Shown: one piece after another, positions 1 to 12,793 of the stretch | Position numbering within the stretch: the first letter of the stretch is position 1 | How the letters are laid out: every line of letters begins with the position of its first letter | Assembly: GCF_041956535.1 (NCBI RefSeq) | Contig: NW_027192198.1 | Coordinates: forward strand, 628,714 to 692,713 | Reading direction: 5' to 3' | DNA length: 64,000 nt | DNA from: Calcarisporiella thermophila CBS 279.70 | Taxonomy: Eukaryota; Fungi; Calcarisporiellomycota | Notes under the pieces: generated by a model | Seen by the model: only the letters and a program-made list of their open reading frames with translations | Databases searched by the model: none | Told to the model about the DNA's origin: nothing | Made by a program: the position numbers and the translations under genes

Positions 1-508
1 AAAATAAATCCGGTATAAGTTTAACATCAACTGACGACGACATGCTGGCGATCTGTCGTTTCCTTTTTTTTTATGCAACCGTCAACGGTTGATCCCAATA
101 TCCAAAAGCCTGCCATATTTAGAAAGCTAATCTCGAGATTGCAAATATGACGAGCTAAAATTTTGAAATATATTGATTTCTCAGTTTGGACTGTAAAAAA
201 GCACCAGTTTAGTTTCGAAAAAGGCTTAAAGACCTACAGTGTTCGCTTCCTATTTCTCTTGACATTTTCATCTAGGAAGACTATAAAATGATTCCTTCCT
301 TTTTCTTTCCCGTTTTTTTCCTTTTGCTTCATTGTCATATGCACTCAGAGCACAAGTAGGATTTTACTTGAACCAAGACAGACATTGATCGAAAGTTACA
401 GAGGCTCCATAAGCCTTTCAATATATTCAATCTACCCCCTATCTTTTCTTTATCTATCTATATACAATAATCTTATTGTAATCTTTGGCTGCATACAAAT
501 ATTCAACG

Positions 509-3500
509 ATGGCGTTGAAACCTTGGTTAGTAGCTACATTGATCGTATCGGTGATAAGGCTAGGGGACGCAGCATTCAGTAAGTGGCATTAGATATGAAA
601 TAGGAACATTATTATCCCTAATCTCTCATCTGCTCTTCCAATTCTCTGTAGTTCCATTGCACGGTAACGAGCATTTTACTGCCCAGAAATTGAACCCACG
701 CTCAGACAATGGCCATCAACAAAGCCAAGAGATCTCACCCAACGATGTAATTCGCCCCTCCAACCACCGTGTTCATAATTCAATTGGCCCACGCGATGGT
801 GGATTACTTAACGGTTTGCTCGGAGGCTTGTTAAATGGGAATGACAATAGCCCACAATCAAATCAGTACAGCCTCAAGTCAGGAGAAAACGGTGGGAGAC
901 GTAATGGAGGTTTGCTAAACAACCTTCTGGACGGAGTGCTTGGCGAGATCTTGGGAAGTGATCAGGGCGAAACCTATTCATACAACAAACCCTCACGTCA
1001 TCGCCATAAACACAAGAATAAATCGAAGAAAAAGAAACACCATTCCTCGTCTCACAAGCATAAGAAGCATCACAAAAAGAAGCATGCACACAAGAAGAGA
1101 GATGTCCATTTAAAGAAGCGCGGTGTTGAGGATGGTGATACCTTTGGTGTAATCGAGGACGATTTTAATGAAATGGCTGACGAACTCGAGAAGGTATGTT
1201 TAATATTTTGTGATGAAAAACTATAGGAAAATTCGTTAAAATGGTTATCACATCCGTAGACTATGTATGAATCTTTCGGATTTTCGGTCTCAGATGAAGA
1301 CGACGATGAGGACGACGATGAAGACGACGGTGAGGACGGCGATGACGATGCCGAAGATGACAACACCGATGACGAAGATGATGAAGATAACCAAGAAGAG
1401 GATGAATGTGATGAAGATGAAGATGACGAAGATGACGAGGGTGAAGGTGACGAGGATGAAGGTGACGAGGACGAAGGAGATGAAGGTGACGAGGACGAAG
1501 GAGATGAAGGTGACGAAGAAGATGAGGATGACGAAGGTGATGAGGAGGATGAAGGTGATGAGGAGGATGAGGAGAATGAGGGCGATGAAGGTGATGTGGA
1601 GGATGAGAGTAACGAGGGTGATGAGGCCGACAGTGGAGAAGAAGGCGATGAGGAGGGCGATGAATTAGGTGGTGAGGAAGGTGGTGACGAGGAGGGCGGT
1701 GAAGGCGATGAGGAAAACGACGAGGAAGGAGGCGAGGGAGGCGACGAGGAGGGCGGCGAGGAAGAAGGTGATGAGGGCGGCGAGGAAGGCAGCGAAGACG
1801 GTGATGAAATTGGCGGCGAGGAAGGTGGCGAGGAAGGTGGCGAGGAAGGTGGCGAGGAAGACGGCGAGGAAGGTGGTGAGCTAGGCGGTGAGGAAGGTGG
1901 AGAGGAAGGTGGAGAGGAGGGAAATGAAGAAGGCGACGAGCTAGGCGTGGAGGAGGGTGACGAAGGAAGCGGTGAAGAAGGTGGTGAGATAGGCGGCGAG
2001 GAAGGTGATGAGCTTGGCGGAGAGGAGGGTGATGAAGAGGGTGGTGAGATGGGTGGTGAGGAGGGAGGCGATGAAATAAGTGGAGAGGAGGGTAGTGGGG
2101 AGGAGACCGAGGAAGTGAGTGAGGAGGAAGGTGGGGATATTGGAGAAGAAGATGGGGGAGAAATTGACGGGGAAGAAGGAGAAAATGGAGTGGAGGAAAT
2201 TGGGGGGGAGGAAGGGGAAGAAGAAGGGGAAGAGGAAGGAGGTGGGGAAGGAAGTGAGGAGAGTGGTGAAGAAGGCGAAGAGAGTGAGGAGGAGAGTGGT
2301 CAAGAAATTGGGGAAGAGAGCGGTGAGGAAGAGAGCGATGAAGTTAGCGAGGATGTCGGAGAAGAAAGCGGCGAAGAAAGCGGCGGAGAAGAGTTTGATG
2401 AGAATACTGAGGAAGACGTGGATACAAGCGGCGATGCTGAAGGAGAGCTACAAAACGAGAGTGGAGGGGAAGGGGAAGAATCATCCGAAGGAGAAAGTGG
2501 AGTTGAAGAAGTAAGCAATGAAACCGATGTTGAGGAGGACAGTGAACAGGGAGATGAGGAGGATAGCACCGAATCAGAGAGCAACGAAGAAGAGAGCAAC
2601 GAAGAAGAGAGCAACGAAGAAGAGAACAATGAGGAAAGCAGCGAAGAAGAGGAATCCATCGAAGAGGGAGGAGAGCAAGGTGTAGAAGAGAATAGCGGGG
2701 GAGAGGAGAGTAACGAGGAAGAGGAAACCGTTGAAGAAGGAGTGGAGCAAGGCGTAGAGGAGAATAGCGGAGGAGAGGAGAGTAACGAGGAAGAGGAAAG
2801 CGTTGAGGAAGAAGTGGAGCAAGACATAGAGGAAAATAGCGGGTCAGAAGAAAGCACCGAGGAGAGTAGTGAGGAGGAGAGTAATGAAGAGGAAGAAACT
2901 TTCGAGGAAGATGGTGGCCAGCAAGTAGAAGAGAACAGCGGAGGCGAGGAGAGTAGTGAGACCGAAGGAACTGTTGAAGAAGGAGGGGGAGAAGTGCAAG
3001 AAGTTAGCGAGAGCAGTGGAGAAGTGCAAGATGAGAATGGGGAGTACCAAGAGTGGGAGGAGAATTATGGTGAAGAAGAGACCTATGAAGAAGGAGAAAG
3101 CAGCGATGAATATGAGACTCACGAAGAGAGCCATGAAGAAGGGTACAGCGAAAACAGTGAGGAGAGTGGCAGTAGCGAAGGTATTGACGAGGTGGAAAAT
3201 GGGCAAGAGAGCGTATCACAGTGTAACGATACTAAGATAGCTGCCCAAAAATATCCTTCAAGTAACCGCATCACTCCTGGGTCTACGCTCTCCCGCCCAC
3301 TCAACGTGACCTTCGCATCCGCGAGCTTCCCGAAACCTGTCCGTGAAAATCCAGGCAACATCAATCCACCACTTGAAAATGGTCTCCCACCAATGCCTAC
3401 CTGTGTGGTTCAACAAGTGATGGCCAGCAATGCGCAACCACGCCCTAGTAGCGCTTTTGTTGCAAGAAGTTCTGCAGGATATCTCCAATACGCTGCGTAC

Positions 3501-5311
3501 AACCAAAAGGGAGATCGTCTACTGGACTTTAGCGGTGTCGGATACTATGGCGGTGCAGAAGTCCCTTCCACAATGCCTGTAATTGCAAGACTCACTCCTT
3601 CTGGCGGAGACGACTCTCACTTCATCCAGCAGGCAATTGTTAATGCTTCCCGGGCCCCCGTTGTAAACGGATATCGTGGTGCAGTCCAACTTGAAGCCGG
3701 CACCTTCATTATGCGTAAACCAATACGTATTGCGAACAGTGGCATTGTATTGCAAGGGGTACCCGGAAAAACGCGCGTTCTTGCCAAAGTGGACCCCAGG
3801 GTAAATCAGGAGCTTATCCTCATCAAGGGGCGAGGGCCAAACAAGAAAGATGAATTCGCGCGTCGTAAAGTGGTCGATTCGTACGTCCCAGTTGGATCCT
3901 ATCTACTTACCCTGGAACACGTTGGTGACCTGAAAGTTGGAGATACAATTGTAGTGGGGCGGGTTGGCAACCAGCAGTGGATTAAAGCTCTAGAGATGGA
4001 CGTGAGTAAACTATTGATTTGAATCTATTTTTTAAATATTGATTTCTTCGAAATTAATAGATTTATCCAAATGTCTGGAGATCCTCATCGGATGCCCGCG
4101 CATATAGAAATGTTGTTGCCGTTGACCCCTTGAAGAAAACCATCGTTATCGATAAGTGAGTAGGCTTTTCGATTGAAAAATCAGCTCTAAATAAGCGCTC
4201 GATATTTCTGGAGATACACTCTTCGAATACTAATGTTCTTGTGTATTGTTTTTTTCTATTAGCCCTATGCCCATTTCAATAGACAAGCAATGGGTAAGAA
4301 ATATACATATAAAAATATTTTCGTTGCGATGCTAAATACAACTTTCATATAGGGAGGAGGTTGGGTTGCGAAGTATACTAATAGGCGCATCAAGCATGTA
4401 GGAGTCCAGAACATCCTCTTTGAGTGTCCTTTCAACCGTGGTCGTTCTGTAAAGGATATTAGAGTACCTGAAGTACGCGACGGTGACTACCGCTTTGCAC
4501 CCGAAATGTTACAGAATTTCGTATTTACTGTGGATGGCGCCGAGCATTCTTGGGTGCGAAATGTAGTTGGCGAATATTTCCACAACTTCATCCATGTAGC
4601 AGAAGGCAGCAAATCAGTCACAGTCGATGTAAGTATATTGTGAATATCTTGTGTTCGTTATGGCTCATTCTCAATTTTCTTTTTCTTTTATCTTTGGTAG
4701 AATTGCGATCATCGCTATCCGGTTAAATTCTTGAGCGGCCATAATTCGTTTAAGGTTGGTGGACAACTCGTGTTGGTGAAAAATTCCAGAAGCGAGTCCA
4801 ACTTCCACAATTTCCTTGTATCTGGCTATGTTATGGGACCCAATGTTTTCACCAACTGCACTGTCTACAATACCCCTACGGATCACGAGAGCAATATGGG
4901 ACCGCATATGCACTTTTCAACAGGTGTATTGATGGAGAGTAAGTGGAGAGAGTACAATAGTGAAGTACCAGGATATCGATTGATTTTCTTTCTATTTTGC
5001 AAATAGATATCAAGACGGATGGCAATATCGAGATGATGGAGGCAGCAGCGTTTGGCTCCGGCCACGGTTGGCAAGCAGGCAACTCTGTTATCTGGAATAG
5101 CGAAGCTAACAAGGTTCTAGTGCAATCTCCACCGACATCAGCCAACTTTGAAATCGGTACAATTGTGAAGGCGGGGAACTCCAAAATTAGGAGTAAAGCA
5201 CATGTTGATGTTGGTATTGTTGAAATGCGTGGGGTCCATGTCCAACCATGGAGTTTGTATAATGCTCAAATGGCTGATAAGCAGTTAAGAGCGGGATTAT
5301 GTAAGATATAA
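509..5311 (+). CDS. Secreted multi-module protein: signal peptide, His/Lys-rich propeptide region, giant Asp/Glu-rich repeat, C-terminal pectate-lyase-like beta-helix domain (8 exons)
   Basis: ATG 509 gives MALKPWLVATLIVSVIRLGDAAF (signal-like). GT-AG introns 579-651 and 1194-1259 join ORFs 657 and 1263 in frame. Five further introns (4002-5006 region) splice in frame to TAA at 5311. The C-terminus has DFSGVGYYGG, GDDSHFIQQAI, GYRGAVQLEAGTF, SGIVLQG, GPH..STGVL and GSGHGWQAGNSVIWN, typical of bacterial beta-helix polysaccharide-lyase-like proteins. Confidence 0.8.
1293..3200 (+). repeat. Coding low-complexity tandem repeats (D/E/G/S)
   Basis: GDEDE/GDEEG/GGEEG pentapeptide arrays (15-nt period), SNEEE array near 2580-2640, and 24-aa (72-nt) units EEGVEQGVEENSGGEESNEEEE near 2655-2970. 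Confidence 0.95.
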
Positions 5312-5954
5312 AGCCGGAGCCATTGTGTTATATGTAAAAGGAAATTCGTTTTTCCCGTTTAAAATAATTTCACGTAAATTATTACTTCTAACTATAATAG
5401 GTTGTCTATCTATTTTTTTGTCTATCTATTTTTTCTTTTTTTTTTGTTTACTATATCCATTATACTTTCCTTATAATGTTATTAAGTCTACATCTGTTGT
5501 CATTCAATGCAGTAGTCATTTAATTATTCCTTACTATGTTTATTTTTGGGATCTTATTTCTCCTCGTGAATGTCTGCAATAAATTTGTAAAAAAAATCCT
5601 TAATCAGCCAGGGTTTTGTTAAACAGAATAGACCCTTCCCCACAAAAGATGCATTTTGTTTTATTCATTGCTAAAGGCTTAAGAAAATCCGATAAAGTTT
5701 CCTTGCGTTTTCATTTTTACATTACTCATGACAAAGTGTTTTTCTTGATTTATCCACGGTGTATCGATTCAACTGGGCGTATCTCCTGTTTGATTTGATA
5801 CAAATTAGCTCGGCCATCGAAAAATTATTCGGGGCTTATCTTAAATGCAACGAGGCTTATTTGGTGGCCACATAACTCTGACTTATAACCCCCCAGATTA
5901 CCCCTCCTCATTGCTTTGTGATCGTTATCTCTCACCTTGTCTTCAAATCTCAGC

Positions 5955-8381
5955 ATGGGATTAAGTAAATGTCATCTTTCATCAATTTAGACATCACGCT
6001 ACTAAAACTCAATCTTTGTGTTTGAATTCAAAAATTATATTTTCCATCTAGATAATATAGTTGCTGGAGCAGTAGTTGCTGCAGCGGCTGCTATGTATGC
6101 CGACAGCAAATTCTTCTTAAGGGAAGATTTGAAACATATATCTACTATTATTGGCGTACCGAAGCAGTGAGTCTCTATACCTAATGGCTCCGAATATGCC
6201 TGGCTAATGTTTTAACTCTAATATCAGTATAGAAAAAATGAATAAAGAAGGCAAGATGAACATATCCAACCTGTTTATCGATAGAGCACGAGATAACATG
6301 AATAAGCCGTATCTTTTTTTCGAGGACCAGATACTGACTTATGGGGAAATTGACAAAAGTAGAATTTAAACGTTCTATTATATGCTTATAAGGGCACTTA
6401 GCTTTGAGTCAAATAATTAGGATCCAATCAGTTGGGACATTTCTTGTTGTCAAGAGGCGTGAAGCGAAATGGTAGGTTACTCTCTTTTCTCGAAAGTAGC
6501 TAATTTCTTTCTTGGCTCAATGATTGCAATTATTTTTCGATATTAGATATCGTTGCTATATTTCTGCAAAATAGCCCAGAGTTTATCATATCTTGGATAG
6601 CCATCAATAAAATTGGAGCAGTAGCCGCATTCATAAACAACCAACTTACTTCCTCTCCTTTAATTCACTGTTTACGCGTGTCTAACGCTCGCGTTCTTCT
6701 AATTGACCCAGAGATTAGTGGAGGTGTGCTTGATCAATTGGCAGTGATTAGAGAGCTGGGTATGGAGATATGGTCAATTGGAGAGCAGGAGCTAGGATTT
6801 TGTGGTGCCGTGAACAGAACTCTGCTAGCAACATTTAGTGAAGAGACGACGCCAGAAGAATTGCGAATGCATGCGAAACCCCTGGACAAGGCGATACTAA
6901 TATATACAAGCGGAACGACTGGATTTCCTAAAGTTTGTCTCTCGATTTAGTTACTTTACATTCATCTGAAGACAAGTATGCTCAATATTGTTGCTATTTG
7001 ATAGCCGGCTGTCAACTATTTCTCTCGTATACAGTGTAGGTGGATCTCAACTCATACTTGTGTAACGTTCGTATTGTTCTGATATACCTCTGTAATATAG
7101 TGACCACCTACGTCTGGACTAAACTCTACGGTCTCAGTCCATCGGATCGAGTTTACTGCTGTTTGCCTCTCTATCATAGTTCAGCAGGCAAATATCAATT
7201 TATATTCCGATGGTAGATTATACTATACGCCTAATAGTTAAATTAATACGAATTAGCGATACTTGGTGCAGCAACTTCCTGGCTCTCCGGCTCTAGCTTC
7301 GTACTTGCCAAACGATTTTCTGCTAGGAATTTCTGGAACGACATCCGAAAGCACGATGCAACAGTGATAATGTATATTGGAGAGATTTTGCGATATGTCC
7401 TCGCTCAGCCCCCTTCGCCTCTGGACCGTGCGCATAGAGTTCGGCTGGCGTATGGAAATGGCCTTCAGGCAGGAGTTTGGAAAAAGTTGCGACAACGTTA
7501 TGGAGTCCCAGTGATAGGTGAATTCTTCACCTCTACCGAAGGTGTGTCAGCACTTTTTAATACAAATAGAGGCGAAATTGGCATTGGGGCAGCTGGGCAC
7601 CGTGGATTGCTGATGCAGTATATGCCACCCAGGGCCTATATAATTAAATTGGATCCGGAAACAGAGGAGCCGCTCAGAGATAAACAAGGGCTATGTGTAG
7701 TGGCAGAAACAGGAGAGACTGGAGAATTGGTAGTGGAGATAATTGAAAATCAATTCAATCGTTTTGCTGGATACTATAATAACAAGGAAGAAACTAATAA
7801 GAAGCTAGTACAAAACGTGAGAAAAAAGGGTGATCGGTAAACATACATTTTATTTTTCTAATCGATTAAAGCCCCATTGTAAGTCCTGACCTTTCTATAG
7901 TTTTTTCCGGTTTGGTGATCTTATGAAAAAGGACAAGGATGGATTTTACTGGTTTGTTGATCGTATTGGGGACACGTATCGCTGGAAGTCTGAAAACGTT
8001 AGCACTGCAGAAGTTGCCTCTATCGTATCAGAATATCCTGGTATAGATGACCTCATTATTTGTGGAGTGAAGGTTCCGGGCCATGAGGGCCGGGCAGGAC
8101 TAGCCGGAATCGTGCCTGGGCCTAATTTCGATATAAAAGGACTCGCCCCATTCCTCAAAGCTAAATTGCAATCATATGCAATACCGGTGTTCGTACGCAT
8201 TGTAGAGAGCTTAGAATTGACAGGCACCTATAAACTTAAGAAGCTCGAACTGCAGCGGATCGGCATTACCCCTCAAACGGCGGGTAAGGACGATCATATT
8301 TATTGGCTGTGCCAGGGAGAATACCGGCCTTTTGGAAAAGTTGAATATGAACGCTTAATAGGTGGAAATGTTAAACTCTAA
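5955..8381 (+). CDS. FAT1: Fatty acid transport protein / very-long-chain acyl-CoA synthetase (FATP family), multi-exon
   Basis: IYTSGTTGFPK AMP-binding motif, YIGEILRY, EFFTSTEG, FVDRIGDTYRWKSENVST, LTGTYK. C-terminal VKL is PTS1-like. Confidence 0.93.
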
Positions 8382-8845
8382 TTTATTTGTCCTAGCGACA
8401 TTCTTTATTTGTACTCTATACTACCATCGATAAATATTAACCAAGATCCTATTAGAATACTATATCTATTTAAGTTTTGGAATAAACTATTGATAGAAGT
8501 CGAGATAACGAAGTTGAGAAAAAAAAAAGATGTCGGCACCTACCTTCTATTTAGGCAGCTGCATTCGACCATTTAACAGTCCCAGTGATTGAATAGAAGG
8601 CCTTACAATTGCTGGGGCTGTTGCTTCGTGCTTAATTTTCATGTTCAATTTCAAAATATCGAAAAAGCAAAATTGTAGATGCTGGCGGGTAACAATTCAG
8701 TGCCTTGAATTCTTGAGACATATTTCGAAAAACAGGTATGGAAGCAGCTAAAATAAGTTTTTGGAGGGAATGGATTTGTCATCGGTTCATATTTAAACCA
8801 AACAATAAATCTATCCGGAATAGCAATTTATTAGAGAGGAAAAAA

Positions 8846-10373
8846 TCATGTGTTATTTCCCTTCTGTCTATATGGATTATGTCGGGATGACGAGCTGTCA
8901 AACTTCTGATAAATAAAGAGAGATTCGTATTGTAAGTAAAATAAATGAGGGGACTCTTAGTATCCATGCTTACTTTGAAAACATGAGATCGGCCACTGTG
9001 GTCACCCAGTGACGTTGATGGTATCGACGTGGTAGAGGGTAGTGGAGGGGATGTTGTCCAGAGACATAATTTGGCGTCTTCTGCCCCGGAGATTAAGAAG
9101 TTACTCTGTATGAATTATGAAAAAATTAAAGTAAATACGGGAAAAAAATGATGGATAATTTATATGTAATATTACGGATGGACTCCAGTGTATGCTCCGA
9201 ACAACTTCGCTATGTCCTCCAGCCAATACTTGGCATAGCTGAAGCTCTCCAACATTGACATGCAGCATATTGATATCCCCCCTAAGTAAAGGGCTTAGTC
9301 TCTCGATTAACATATCTAACTAATACAGTGACACCTACTGATTTGAACCACCGAGTAAATATAGACGCTGACCAGAATTGTCGTAGTGGCAGTCGATTAC
9401 ATAGTCTAGTTGCATAACGCCTGGCGAGGATGTTTTTCGCACATCGCCGAAATCAAAAATGCACTCAGACTAGAAAATGAAGATAAAGTCAGCACAAACT
9501 GGTTAGAAATCGATCCTAGTGAAAATTAACTAACTGTCTCTGCATGCCATAGGGAGAGTGTTTCGATATGTGTCAGACAGTATACGTATTCACTATTGGG
9601 ACCGAAAAAGTTTGCACGATGAACTGATGAGCCAGAGTTAATCACCGCAGTGACTGCCTCATCTTCATCGAACTGTGTGACATCGTATAGAGAAACAAGA
9701 CCATCCGTTGAACCCGTCAGGAGCTGCATAGGATTAGTTGGGTGGAAGTGGAGGAGAGTTATATCGTCGCAATGGGTTTCTACAAACTGGGACATAAACT
9801 GGCTATTTCGAGCATCCCTGTTGAATACGAACGAGTGTAAAAAACCATATAAAACTCAAAATACTAGGAGGTTCATTTACCAGAAGAGCACTTTAGCATC
9901 TTCTTCGACTAGTTCTGTACCCGCTGCTAGGAGAGTTTCGGAACTATTGACATCAATGCAGAGGATGGGCTCACGTTGAGGAGCTATTGGAGGGGATAGG
10001 TTAGGCCATTCGCGCCCTTCAATCAATCTTTATCTCGCGATATGTAACGCATACCTTGGAAGAGTTGCGCAGGAGTAGTACATTCTGTTCTCAGATCCCA
10101 CATGGCCACCGTTCCATCCTTCGAACCAGAAAGCAAAAACTGGTCTTTATACACTCGTATCTGGCTGACATTGTCTTTGTGGAAATCAAGAGTACGCACG
10201 ATACTCAATTTTTCGGGATTGTAGAGTTTAATTTGGTGGTTGCTAGCTGATACAATAGCATTTCCGGCGCCGAATGTCACATCGAAAATATAGGTGTCTC
10301 CAAGAGAGAATAGGGTTGAGTGGTGGAGATAGTGGGGTGGAATTAATGTCGGCGCCTGTCCAAGTATCGTCAT
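8846..10373 (-). CDS. WDR89: WD40-repeat protein, WDR89 family
   Basis: LSGSKDGTVAMWDLR, ETHCDDITLLHFHP, LLTGSTDGLV, GGHSEVVRS, ISGAEDAKLCLW across spliced exons. The 3' end assumes a final intron, giving ...RHNPYRQKGNNT*. Confidence 0.85.
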
Positions 10374-10654
10374 ATTTGTCGAAGCATTATGAATTAGGTT
10401 GTCAATCCCTTATAGCTTATTCTTGTTTAGTTGTGGCTTGCGAAGTAATACCGGCACCTGATTCATTTTGCTCTAATATAGTGATCAAATTCACGGATTT
10501 TTCTTGGTATATTTTTTCTAGTTCTACACCATTTTTCACTTTTTTTATACATTTATTATCTTTAACCAAGTTAGCACATATTCTACGCTTTTTCTGATTT
10601 GTACTTAATTACTTCTTCGATTGAGACCAGCGACTCCCATTTCTATTTATAATA

Positions 10655-11830
10655 ATGTCATTTAACGATCTAGAGCGTGGCCTAGGATCTGGGCCAAATC
10701 GTGACGGTGGTCGCCAAATTGGCGTTTCTGCCCTTATAGGTACACATCCATTTTTCTGAACTATCGAGGAGCTTAGACATGCTCTGTTAATTTGAAGATT
10801 AGAAATTGTGCTAATACACGAATTCTTTCTAAATAATTCTCCGGCTGTATTTTTATAGATGATGATGACAAAGAATACAGACTTTTGAGTCGCCGCATAT
10901 CACAACAGGTCATTAACATCAATGGCAATGTTGCCTCTATTAATCGTTTAATCGGATACCTTGGAACTCGTAAAGACACTGAAGACACAAGGACGAAACT
11001 GTAATCATAAAAGAGCCCCTCCATTTTATCTCCTATTGAATACTGATGAATATTCGTTCATAACAGACACGATTTAACTGAAGCGACACGAGATTTAATT
11101 AAGACTACAACCGAGTCGTTAAAAACACTTACGCATTTTCCCTGCAATGATGCTAATAAAACGGTAAAATTAAAATTTATATCTCTATACGCACTCCCTA
11201 TTCATCCTCTACTCTTTCTTAGCGCCAGCGCAAGTTAGAGCAACAGAAGCTCTCTAAGGAGTTCCAGAGTGTAATGCAAGAATTCCAACGCGCACAGCGT
11301 GTGTCAGCTGAAAAACAGCGCGAATCTGTCGATCGGGCTAAAGCTCTTAATATTCGCAACGATGCGTATCTGGATGATGAAGATATAAGTCCTGAAGAGC
11401 AACCATTAATGGGTGGAGATGCTCAGCGTCAAATGCAGTTACAGGCGCTTGACAACGAAGTCGAATATAACGAGTCATTAATAGCGGAACGAGAAACGGA
11501 AATTCGTGAGATTGAGCAAGGAATCACTGAGCTGAATGAGATATTTAGAGACCTGGGAACTCTAGTGAACGAGCAACAATCAATGCTAGGTAACCTCTCA
11601 AATACTTGTATATTGCATTTATATATATATAATAGTATTATCCATAAATATTTTTAGACAACATTGAAAGCAATGTACAAAATATCTCCGTCAATGTTCG
11701 CTCTGCGGCCGATGAGCTAGGTCACGCCAGTAGATATCAACGAAGGGCTCGTAACCGCATGTGCTGTATTCTACTCATATTAGTCGTCATTGCATGCATT
11801 GTCAGCTTGGGTGTACTTGCTGGAAAATAA
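10655..11830 (+). CDS. Endosomal/vacuolar Qa-SNARE syntaxin (Pep12/Vam3/STX7-12 type)
   Basis: MSFNDLERG start, SNARE motif [38 protein letters not shown], C-terminal transmembrane segment MCCILLILVVIACIVSLGVL. Confidence 0.93.
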
Positions 11831-11996
11831 TGCTGATGAGATGATTGAATCGCTCAACCTTTATGTTTTACACCTTGTTCTCTCCGCTTGTTTCCCGTCT
11901 CCGAAACTAGATGTGCGTTTTTCTTCTTTTCTTTAAATAATAAAATGTATTCCCCCCTTCCCTCCCCTCCCCCCTTTTTCCATCTCTTACTCTCTA

Positions 11997-12504
11997 NNNN
12001 NNNNNNNNNNNNNNNNNNNNNNNNNNNNNNNNNNNNNNNNNNNNNNNNNNNNNNNNNNNNNNNNNNNNNNNNNNNNNNNNNNNNNNNNNNNNNNNNNNNN
12101 NNNNNNNNNNNNNNNNNNNNNNNNNNNNNNNNNNNNNNNNNNNNNNNNNNNNNNNNNNNNNNNNNNNNNNNNNNNNNNNNNNNNNNNNNNNNNNNNNNNN
12201 NNNNNNNNNNNNNNNNNNNNNNNNNNNNNNNNNNNNNNNNNNNNNNNNNNNNNNNNNNNNNNNNNNNNNNNNNNNNNNNNNNNNNNNNNNNNNNNNNNNN
12301 NNNNNNNNNNNNNNNNNNNNNNNNNNNNNNNNNNNNNNNNNNNNNNNNNNNNNNNNNNNNNNNNNNNNNNNNNNNNNNNNNNNNNNNNNNNNNNNNNNNN
12401 NNNNNNNNNNNNNNNNNNNNNNNNNNNNNNNNNNNNNNNNNNNNNNNNNNNNNNNNNNNNNNNNNNNNNNNNNNNNNNNNNNNNNNNNNNNNNNNNNNNN
12501 NNNN
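11997..12504. other. Assembly gap (508 N)
   Basis: Run of N between two low-complexity 3' flanks. Confidence 1.
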
Positions 12505-12793
12505 CTATTTGATGATTTTAGCAATTGTTTATTTTTGGCCATTCTGTGGCTATCTACTTTTTTTTGATATTTTTGTAACTTTTAAAGTATACTTCAAATA
12601 AACCCCTATGAACTGCGAAATTCAGTTCGTTTTTGAACTACTTCAGTAACTCTCCACGAAATCGGTTTGGTTTAAAAATGTTATATTTTACATATTGTAA
12701 GTTGGGTATGCAAAGGAAAAAGGAGATAAAGACAGAGAAGAAGATTGGCAGCGCTCAAAATAAATAACTAAAGAAGGCAACATGAAAATGCAT

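Noticed and set aside
1070-3240. Long alternative-frame and antisense ORFs (Ser-, Leu- or Lys/Arg-rich)
   Set aside because: These are shadows of the purine-rich acidic repeat.
11888-12601. 237-aa and 182-aa ORFs
   Set aside because: Artefacts of the N gap.
12731-12752. ACAGAGAAG..GATTGGCA resembling the U6 snRNA core
   Set aside because: The spacing is wrong and the rest of U6 is absent.
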